Assembly: GCA_018400895.1 (NCBI GenBank)
Contig: JAGYLR010000002.1
Location: 1-40,732, forward strand
Direction of reading: 5' to 3'
Length of the DNA: 40,732 bases
Source of the DNA: a bacterium
GTDB lineage: Bacteria > Patescibacteriota > Minisyncoccia > Minisyncoccales > PWPS01
Shown: positions 33,614-40,732 of the stretch, in pieces
Layout: each line of letters starts with the position of its first letter
Position numbering within the stretch: the stretch's first letter is position 1
Translations under genes and position numbers: made by a program
Notes under the pieces: model-generated
What the model was told of the DNA's origin: nothing
What the model saw: the letters and a program-made list of their open reading frames with translations, nothing else
Database searches by the model: none

Positions 33614-34845
33614 AATGGAAACTTTTCGCAGAGTGATGTTACTTTATTTTTTACATCTTCTCCTTCTAGTGCAAGAGATATAAGCGAAGCTACTATTTTC
33701 ATCTCTTCTTCTTTCATATTTCTGGTTGTTAATGCTGGTGTGCCCAATCTTATGCCAGAAGGATTAAACGGTGAAGCTGTATCAAAAGGAACCGTATTCT
33801 TATTAACAATTATATTTGATTTTTCTAAAATACTCTGCGCATTTGATCCTGATATACCCTTGTTACGTAAATCAACAACAATAAGGTGATTATCTGTTCC
33901 CCCAGAGACAAGATTAAAACCAAGAGCAATAAGTTCTTCTGATAAAACTTTGCAATTTTTAACAATTTGTTTTCCATAATCAGAAAATTGTGGCTCTGCT
34001 GCTTTTTTAAGACACACTGCTATTCCCGCTATTGTATGCTCATGAGGACCGCCCTGTAATCCAGGGAAAACCGCCTTATTTATTTTTTCACCAAGTTTCT
34101 TGTCTTTTTTTAATCCTTTATCTGTTACCATAATTAAAGCTCCTCTTGGTCCACGAAGTGTTTTATGTGTTGTTGTGGTAACAACATCAACATAAGGAAT
34201 TGGGCTCAAATGAGCACCAGAAACAACCAGTCCTGAGATATGTGATATATCAGCACAAAGATAAGCTCCAACTTCATCAGCTATTTCAGCAAACTTTTTA
34301 AAATCTATTACTCTTGGGTAAGCTGTTGCGCCACAAAGTATAAGTTTTGGTTTTTCTCGCTGTGCTATTTCTCTTACTTTTTCATAATCAATTAAATGTG
34401 TATCTTCGTCTACTCCATAAAAAACAGAATCATAATACTTTCCAGAAAAGTTAACTTTCCATCCGTGTGTGAGGTGCCCTCCGGACATAAGATCCATTCC
34501 CATAACTTTATCTCCTGGATTTACAGTTGCCATATACACTGCATGATTAGCGGGAGATCCAGAGTATCCTTGTACATTTACATAAGGAACACCAAACAAA
34601 TCTCTTGCTCTTTTCTGACACAATTCTTCTATTTCATCTATATGCTCGTTACCACCATAGTATCTTTTTTTAGGATAACCTTCAGCATATTTATCATTTA
34701 ATATAGAAGATAACGCTTCCAAAACCGCAGGAGAAGTGTGGTTTTCTGAAGGTATCATCTCTAAGGTGTTATATCTTCTTATTTTCTCTTTTTCAATTAT
34801 CTCGTACACCTGTTTATCTTCTTCTTTTAAATTTTTGTAGTTCAT
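33604..34845 (-). CDS. glyA: serine hydroxymethyltransferase
   Basis: 413 aa. PLP-lysine motif TTTTHKTLRGPRG and EGYPKKRYYGG. Confidence 0.95.
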   Translation of the reverse strand: MNYKNLKEEDKQVYEIIEKEKIRRYNTLEMIPSENHTSPAVLEALSSILNDKYAEGYPKKRYYGGNEHIDEIEELCQKRARDLFGVPYVNVQGYSGSPANHAVYMATVNPGDKVMGMDLMSGGHLTHGWKVNFSGKYYDSVFYGVDEDTHLIDYEKVREIAQREKPKLILCGATAYPRVIDFKKFAEIADEVGAYLCADISHISGLVVSGAHLSPIPYVDVVTTTTHKTLRGPRGALIMVTDKGLKKDKKLGEKINKAVFPGLQGGPHEHTIAGIAVCLKKAAEPQFSDYGKQIVKNCKVLSEELIALGFNLVSGGTDNHLIVVDLRNKGISGSNAQSILEKSNIIVNKNTVPFDTASPFNPSGIRLGTPALTTRNMKEEEMKIVASLISLALEGEDVKNKVTSLCEKFPLWN

Positions 34846-35807
34846 TTTGTATAATGTTTAGTATACACGTTTGAAGGGTTCCATAAAAGGTAACCATTAT
34901 AATCTTTTTTTAATACATCACGAGTGGCTTCTATTTGTAAATCAATTTTCTCTATATCATAAACTGCTCTTAAATTAAAATCTTGCAACCAAGGTCTTAT
35001 CTTTTCTTCTTTATCTGTACGTTCTGCAGCTTTTTTTATTGAATAATAAACAATTTCATAAGGGTAATCTGCAGGATTTTCTTTTTCTAAAAATCCAGTT
35101 CCATAGTGAGAGGGATAAACCATTGGACAAACATAATCAAAATGTTCCAAAACATCTTCTATCATCTGTCCTATTCCCATATCATCTTTAACAACAGTAG
35201 TAAGACCAAAAATACTTGCTGATATCTTTCCTTCTATATTTTCTCTAAGATAAGCATAAAACTCATTCATTGTTTCTCTTTTACTTTCTCCATCCCAAAG
35301 AGGATAAACTATGTCATAACTAACTTCATCAGGAAAACGAATATAATCAAAATTAACTTCATCAAATCCTAATTCAAAAGAACTTTTAGCAATATCTATG
35401 TAGTAATTCCAAACTTCTTTTGAAGATGGGTCGGTCCAAGAAAGACCAAGATTATCTTCCCATAAAGATTCATCACTATTTTTTAATGCTAATTCTGGAT
35501 GAATATTTGAGAAAAAGGGATCTTGGAAAGCTGTTATCCTAGCTATAAGATAAACTCCTTTATTTTTTAACTCTTTTAAAAAATCTTCTGTTATAACTGG
35601 TACTGAAGAAGGGTGATCAAAAGGTATAAAAACTTTTCCAGAAAAATCTTTTACATCAATAACAAGAGTATTTATATCAGTTCTACTAATAATCTCTTCT
35701 GCTCTGTTTATTGCAGAATAAGGGCTAAGATACGCTCCTCTTACTTCCATTGGTACTGTAGGAAATGATTGAATAATAAAAATAATAGCAAGAATCATTC
35801 TGAACAT
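34842..35807 (-). CDS. putative glycoside-hydrolase-like TIM-barrel protein (DUF4015 type), secreted or anchored
   Basis: 321 aa. N-terminal hydrophobic segment, then VRGAYLS..TLVIDVKDFSGKV..IARITAFQD..GFDEVNFDYIRFP. The family call is from memory of the motif. Confidence 0.6.
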   Translation of the reverse strand: MFRMILAIIFIIQSFPTVPMEVRGAYLSPYSAINRAEEIISRTDINTLVIDVKDFSGKVFIPFDHPSSVPVITEDFLKELKNKGVYLIARITAFQDPFFSNIHPELALKNSDESLWEDNLGLSWTDPSSKEVWNYYIDIAKSSFELGFDEVNFDYIRFPDEVSYDIVYPLWDGESKRETMNEFYAYLRENIEGKISASIFGLTTVVKDDMGIGQMIEDVLEHFDYVCPMVYPSHYGTGFLEKENPADYPYEIVYYSIKKAAERTDKEEKIRPWLQDFNLRAVYDIEKIDLQIEATRDVLKKDYNGYLLWNPSNVYTKHYTK

Positions 35808-36694
35808 AATTCTATTGCTAACGCCACTGAACCATTTACTGGATCTTTATCATTTAGCATAACTTGTGCCTCTTTGTAATCAGAAAGCACACTATTTTTT
35901 ATATAATTAAAAACTATCTTTGAGCGAAACATTGCTCCAGAAAGAATAACTGGGAAACTTCCTTCTAACTCAACATCTGTAATCGTTTTTTTAAGAGAAA
36001 GAACAAGCTCTTCTCCAGCATTTTGTAATATATTTACCGCTACCTTATCACCAAGCTTTCCCGCCTCATCAACAAATACCGATATTTGTGGAATAAACTT
36101 TTTAAAATCACTATAAACTATTTTTCTTAACTGATTATCAGAAGTTATATCCCATTTTTTAAGTAAAATATCTGTAATCAGTGTCTGTTTACCTCTCTTA
36201 TCAAGGTGCTTTGATACACTTCTAAACCCTTCTATGCCAACATAAAAAGCAGAACCTTCATCTGCCAGATACCCCCAACCACTATTTTTTGCTTCTTTGC
36301 CTTCATTCCACCCGTGACTTACCGCACCTGTTCCAGCTATAATTACTGCTCCGTAATTCTCTTTTGTACCACAACGAAAAGCAGCTAATTGATCACTTCC
36401 TACTTCTACTTTGCTTTGCAATACTTCTTTTAAAGATTGAGCAATGTAATTTTTGCTATCAGAGTACTCTTCTTCTACTGCTGCAAGAGCTATAAAAGAA
36501 GCTCCTATCTTTTCTTCTCCTTTTACTTCTTCTACAAGTTTTTTTATCACTCTAACACACTCTTCTAAACCAACATTACGGGGGTTAGATGCTGGACCAA
36601 CTGCAATTTTTACAACTTCTCCCGTTGTTTTAGCTAAAGCTACTGTTGTTTTAGTTCCTCCTCCATCAACTCCTATAATATATTTTTGGTCCAT
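35795..36694 (-). CDS. BadF/BadG/BcrA/BcrD-type ATPase (N-acetylglucosamine-kinase-like)
   Basis: 299 aa with IGVDGGGTKT and AGTGAVSHG. Confidence 0.75.
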   Translation of the reverse strand: MDQKYIIGVDGGGTKTTVALAKTTGEVVKIAVGPASNPRNVGLEECVRVIKKLVEEVKGEEKIGASFIALAAVEEEYSDSKNYIAQSLKEVLQSKVEVGSDQLAAFRCGTKENYGAVIIAGTGAVSHGWNEGKEAKNSGWGYLADEGSAFYVGIEGFRSVSKHLDKRGKQTLITDILLKKWDITSDNQLRKIVYSDFKKFIPQISVFVDEAGKLGDKVAVNILQNAGEELVLSLKKTITDVELEGSFPVILSGAMFRSKIVFNYIKNSVLSDYKEAQVMLNDKDPVNGSVALAIELCSE

Positions 36695-36905
36695 TATATT
36701 TGTGGTTTATTTAATGTCCAAGTGTCCAAGGTGCAACCTTGGTGAACTATCGCTCAGAATGACGGGAGATGGGATTGCCGCGCTTCGCTCGCAATGACAG
36801 GGAAGGTGAATTTTGAATTTAGGATTTAAAATTTGTTGGTGTCGCGCATCGCGCATCGCGCATCGCACATCGCGAATAACGTATAACGCATATAATATTA
36901 ATATA
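36695..36905. repeat. mosaic GC-rich intergenic repeat cluster R6
   Basis: Module ttaatgtccaagtgtccaaggtgcaaccttggtga at 36711-36745 matches 3411-3445 at 33 of 35 positions. The words cagaatgacggg and cgctcgcaatgacaggg are present. Module gaatttaggattt..tttgttggtgtcgc at 36815-36848 is the reverse complement of 3221-3246 with a small insertion. Heptamer gcgcatc x3 plus gcacatc spans 36844-36874. Confidence 0.85.
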
Positions 36906-38105
36906 CTATCTCTCTGTTGTTCTGCATATTGCGTCTTTATCTACACTTCCGGAAATTATCTGGTGTGGGTATATAAGAGCGTTGTTGCCAACTATTGTTC
37001 CCGGCATAATAGAACAGTTTATTCCTATTTTAACTCCATCTCCTATAATAGCACCCATCTTTTTTCTTTTGGTATCTATATTTCCTGCTTTTACTGAATA
37101 ATCTTTAAATAAAAGGTTAGCAAAAATCGTTCCTGCTCCAATATTACACCCTTCTCCAATAACTGAATCTCCTATATAAGATAAGTGAGATATATTGGTA
37201 TTACTAAAAATAACTGACTCTTTAACTTCTACTGATTGGCCAATATGGCAAGAATCATGAATAACAGTGTAAGGTCTAAGGTAGGCATTGGGACCAACCA
37301 CACTATCTTTACCAACATATACTGGTCCCTCAATATAAGTTCCTGATTTTATAACACTTCCTTCTTCTAAAATTACCTTTCCTTTTATTATAACTCCTTC
37401 TTCAATAACTCCCTCTCTTCTATCTTCTTTAGTTTCAAAAACTTCTCTTACTATTTTAAATATATTCCAAGGATAACTTATCGGATTCCAATCCTCAGCT
37501 ACTTTAAAGTAAAGAGGATTTTCTTCTAAATAATTTTCAACATAATCTGTAATCTCATATTCTCCTCTTGATGATTTTTCTATCTGCTTTGTAAAAAAAT
37601 CTTTATTAAGATAGTAACAGCCAATATTTACAAGATTACTAAGTGGTGTATCTGGTTTTTCTACCATTTTTTTTACAACTTCTCCATCTACAACAACTTG
37701 TCCATATCCTTTAGGATTTTCTACTTCTTTAAGCATTATAGATGGATTCTTTTCCATTACACTATCTACGTCTTCTTTCAAATAAAGATCATCACCATTA
37801 AGGATTATAAACTGTTCATCTAAAAATGGTAAAGCGGTTAAGGCAGCATGCCCTGTTCCTAACTGCTCGTTCTGTTCAACATACTTAACCGGTATTCCGC
37901 AGAAAAAATCACCAACTAAATCCTTTATTACTTCTCCTTTATATCCAATAACAATAATAACTTCATCAAAAAGACCGCAAAGCTGATTAAGATTATGTTC
38001 TATTAGAGTTTCATCTAAAATTCTTAGAGCTGGTTTTGGACGAGTAAAGGTTAAAGGTTTTAACCTTGTTCCCCATCCTGCGGCAAGAATAACTGCTTTT
38101 TTCAT
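36906..38105 (-). CDS. bifunctional sugar-1-phosphate nucleotidylyltransferase/acetyltransferase-like protein (GlmU-like, NTP-transferase + left-handed beta-helix)
   Basis: 399 aa. N-terminal ILAAGWGTRLKPLT. C-terminal hexapeptide repeats (IGDSVIGEGCNIGAGT..IGDGVKIGINC). Confidence 0.8.
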   Translation of the reverse strand: MKKAVILAAGWGTRLKPLTFTRPKPALRILDETLIEHNLNQLCGLFDEVIIVIGYKGEVIKDLVGDFFCGIPVKYVEQNEQLGTGHAALTALPFLDEQFIILNGDDLYLKEDVDSVMEKNPSIMLKEVENPKGYGQVVVDGEVVKKMVEKPDTPLSNLVNIGCYYLNKDFFTKQIEKSSRGEYEITDYVENYLEENPLYFKVAEDWNPISYPWNIFKIVREVFETKEDRREGVIEEGVIIKGKVILEEGSVIKSGTYIEGPVYVGKDSVVGPNAYLRPYTVIHDSCHIGQSVEVKESVIFSNTNISHLSYIGDSVIGEGCNIGAGTIFANLLFKDYSVKAGNIDTKRKKMGAIIGDGVKIGINCSIMPGTIVGNNALIYPHQIISGSVDKDAICRTTER

Positions 38106-39076
38106 AGATTGAGAATTAATTTACATAATTTATTAGTATCGTGAACAACAGGACCTTCATCTTTAAGAAGATCCTCTCCAATAAATCTGCTATCCAAAGA
38201 AGGACAAGAAACCATATCAATAAGCTCTTTGTGTTTTTCTTTATAGTCGTTTAAACGTTCTGATAAAGGATTAGTGGTATTATAAATTACATAATCCAGC
38301 TTACCACCTATAAAACCTTCTATTGTCTTTGCAAAATCAGGTACTGTAAAATCATTTGTCTCTCCATTTTTGTTCATTATATTACAAATATAAACAAGCT
38401 TACCTTTTCTGTTTCTTATCGCCTCTGCCATATTTTGCGTAAGAATAATCTGTGCTAAAGAAGAATATACATCTCCAGGCCCAATAATAATCAAATCTGC
38501 TTCTTTTACTGCTTGTATTGCTGGTGAATATCCCTTTGCTTGTGGGTCAAGAAAAACTCTCTTAATTTTTCCGTTATGTTTAGGAATATCAATATTTGTT
38601 TCTCCTCTAATAATACTCCCATCTTCTAATTCAGCACAAAGTTCAGCATCATCAAGTGTAGCAGGAAAAACACGGTGAGAAACATTTAAAATACGGTTCA
38701 TCTCTTCTATTGTTTTTTCTGTATTGTTTGTAGAAAGTTCAAGAGCTGTAATAAATAAATTAGCAAAATTGTGACCAGACAACTCTCCTGCTTCAAAACG
38801 GTAATTAAACAGTTCTTCTAATACAGGAGAAGTATTTGCCAAAGCAACAAAAGCTCGTCTAATATCTCCTGGAGAAAGTATTCCGTAATCACGACGTAAT
38901 CTTCCAGAGGAACCGCCAGTATCAAGCATTGCACACACTGCAGATATTTCTACCGGTTCATTTTTTAGTCCCTGCAAAACCGCTTTAGGAACAGCATTAC
39001 CTCCTCCAAGAACAGCAATCTTCAAGGCGGGAGAACCCGAGCCACAATCAAATTTAGCGGATATAATTTTGTTCAT
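38102..39076 (-). CDS. YvcK/CofD-like (UPF0052, gluconeogenesis-factor family) protein
   Basis: Contains VLGGGNAVPK, DTGGSSGRLRRDYG..PGDIRR and IIGPGDVYSS. I prefer the ATG at 39076; the track start at 39082 is a TTG. Confidence 0.8.
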   Translation of the reverse strand: MNKIISAKFDCGSGSPALKIAVLGGGNAVPKAVLQGLKNEPVEISAVCAMLDTGGSSGRLRRDYGILSPGDIRRAFVALANTSPVLEELFNYRFEAGELSGHNFANLFITALELSTNNTEKTIEEMNRILNVSHRVFPATLDDAELCAELEDGSIIRGETNIDIPKHNGKIKRVFLDPQAKGYSPAIQAVKEADLIIIGPGDVYSSLAQIILTQNMAEAIRNRKGKLVYICNIMNKNGETNDFTVPDFAKTIEGFIGGKLDYVIYNTTNPLSERLNDYKEKHKELIDMVSCPSLDSRFIGEDLLKDEGPVVHDTNKLCKLILNL

Positions 39077-39295
39077 ATTCAAGGCGTAAGGAGTGAGTAA
39101 TGTAATAATATTATGAGCGACGAAACAACGCAGAAAGTGAATAAAATTAATCCGTCGCGGAGCGAAAGCTGAAAAACAGCTGATTTTTTTGTTGCTCTTT
39201 CTTGAAAGTAGCCTTTAGCTACTACTTCGTCAGAGCGTCGCAAAATCATCTTGTTCTTCAAGCTTCTAAATTGACTTTGGTTCGGGCTCTACCGC

Positions 39296-40087
39296 CTATA
39301 TCTTACTTTTTAATATTTCATCTACACTTACCTCTTTTCTGTTTTGCTGTTCTACTTCCCTTTCTTCTTTGTAAAATAATCCTGTAGCTATTGGTGAATC
39401 ACTTTCATAATCCCACTCTCTTGCCTTTTCTCTGCCTTCAGTATAAGAAAGTGGCCCCTCTATTTGGTAAACTTTTTCGTTGTAAACAGGAAAAGTGTTA
39501 AACCAAGCAACACACGGTTGAAGAATCTCTATAAAAGAAAAACCTTTGTGTTCTACTCCTTGAATAATAAGATCAGTCAACTGGTCCATTTTAGAAGAAA
39601 ATCCTCTGGCTATAAAACTAGCATTACAAGAAAATGCTAAATCAAGAGGATTAAGTGGCTTTTCAAAACTTCCTTTAGGAGTTGATGCTCCCACAAAACC
39701 TCGTGGACTAGTGGCGGTAAACTGTCTGGCAGTAAGAGCAAAATTACGGTTATCATGAACTATAAGGGTTATATCAGCGTTTCTTTTTGCAGCGTGAACA
39801 AAGTGTTCCATTCCTTCGTTGTAGGTATCTCCATCTCCCACACTACATATTACATTGTATTCCGAGTTACCTATCTTTACCCCTTGAGAAACAGGAATTG
39901 CTCTTCCGTGCAGTGCACAAACACTTTTTACATCAAGATAATCGCACATCTTCCCATGGCATCCTATACCAGAAACAAGAACTGTTTTTTCAACTCCTAT
40001 TTTTTCTATAGCATCTTCTAGCGCTTTTTGTACCCCAAAGTTTCCACACCCTGGGCACCATGTATTTTTTGTATCTAATTTAATCAT
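39296..40087 (-). CDS. korB: 2-oxoacid:ferredoxin oxidoreductase, beta (TPP-binding) subunit
   Basis: 263 aa with WCPGCGNFG and GDGDTYNEG. Confidence 0.88.
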   Translation of the reverse strand: MIKLDTKNTWCPGCGNFGVQKALEDAIEKIGVEKTVLVSGIGCHGKMCDYLDVKSVCALHGRAIPVSQGVKIGNSEYNVICSVGDGDTYNEGMEHFVHAAKRNADITLIVHDNRNFALTARQFTATSPRGFVGASTPKGSFEKPLNPLDLAFSCNASFIARGFSSKMDQLTDLIIQGVEHKGFSFIEILQPCVAWFNTFPVYNEKVYQIEGPLSYTEGREKAREWDYESDSPIATGLFYKEEREVEQQNRKEVSVDEILKSKI

Positions 40088-40732
40088 TGTAATGATTTTT
40101 TAATTCTTTCTCTTAAGTTTTCCACAGTAAATGGTCTTCCATCATACTTTAATATCTTCTCATCTATACTTATTCCACTATTTTCTACAAGAGACGATGC
40201 TTGTCCTTGCATATTATTCTCCACTGATATAATTCTATTTGCTCCACCTAAAACTTGTAAAAGCATTTCTTTGGGAAATGGTTGGAAAACTACAATTTGT
40301 ACGACCTTGACGTTAAAATCTTTTGTTGCTTGAAGAACAACTCCTTTATTTGAACCCCAGAACAAAACAATATCTTCTCCTTCTCCGTAAGTTTTTACTC
40401 CAGGATAACTACTCAGCTCTTCTGTCATTTTTTGATACTTCTCTTCTTTTTTGTTTTGCATCTTTTCCACCTCTTCTTTTAACTCTGTAGATATTCCATC
40501 TGCATTATGTTCATATCCTGTAACTTTTTTAGGTATATTTTCACCAACGATATTTTCTACTTCTTTCTTTTTAAAACTGTAACTGTTCTCTGATAATTCT
40601 TTATCCAATAAAATAATTGCTGGTAGTTTATACTTCCAAGAAATGTTCATTGCTTTGGCTGATAATTCAAAAGCTTCATCAGCATCACCCGGAGCAACTA
40701 CAAATCTGGTTAAATCACCATGTCCAGAATAA
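40084..40732 (-). CDS. korA: 2-oxoacid:ferredoxin oxidoreductase, alpha subunit; C-terminal part, 5' end beyond right window edge
   Basis: The frame stays open to base 40732 (..YSGHGDLTRFVVAPGDADEAFELSAKAMNISWKYKLPAIILLDKEL..), so the track start at 40650 is internal. 4-nt overlap with korB. Confidence 0.8.
   Translation of the reverse strand, partial: YSGHGDLTRFVVAPGDADEAFELSAKAMNISWKYKLPAIILLDKELSENSYSFKKKEVENIVGENIPKKVTGYEHNADGISTELKEEVEKMQNKKEEKYQKMTEELSSYPGVKTYGEGEDIVLFWGSNKGVVLQATKDFNVKVVQIVVFQPFPKEMLLQVLGGANRIISVENNMQGQASSLVENSGISIDEKILKYDGRPFTVENLRERIKKSLQ

Noticed and set aside
36813-37097. ORFs 36813..37097 (+) and 36453..36797 (+)
   Set aside because: They span the R6 repeat cluster and the antisense strands of the GlmU-like and BadF-type genes. 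They have no motifs.

Overview
Visibly AT-rich, tightly packed bacterial DNA, coded almost entirely on the minus strand. The core is a fused str-S10-spc ribosomal super-operon (rpsL-rpsG-fusA-tuf-rpsJ ... rplO-secY-adk-map). It is flanked by alaS/tpiA/galT on one side. On the other side lie a nucleotide-salvage-like trio, an Rrf2-NifS-NifU-MnmA-ThiI tRNA-thiolation operon, folD/glyA, a UDP-sugar/cell-envelope cluster and korAB. Two tRNAs are present on the plus strand: Pro-GGG and Leu-CAA. Several traits suggest a reduced-genome Patescibacteria/CPR-like organism: no L30 gene, short proteins, ATGA-coupled genes, almost no Shine-Dalgarno motifs, and a DUF5679 mini-gene. This placement is inference only. 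Four things are not explained by ordinary annotation. (1) GC-rich mosaic repeat clusters fill at least six operon boundaries. They are built from an ATTCCC-N8-GGGAAT hairpin with tandem 17-18-mers, a family of ATGTC...GACAT palindromes, heptamer microsatellites and shuffled AT-rich modules. (2) secY, an M50 protease gene and a DUF6922/AbiEii-like pair are riddled with +/-1 frameshifts, while roughly 55 neighbouring genes are intact. (3) A promoter-to-terminator unit of about 170 nt with GC-rich helices lies just upstream of ybaB and is a candidate ncRNA or leader. (4) The thiolation operon carries an embedded DUF1858 CxxC mini-protein and an output-less HAMP membrane protein. No CRISPR array, transposase or integrase was seen.
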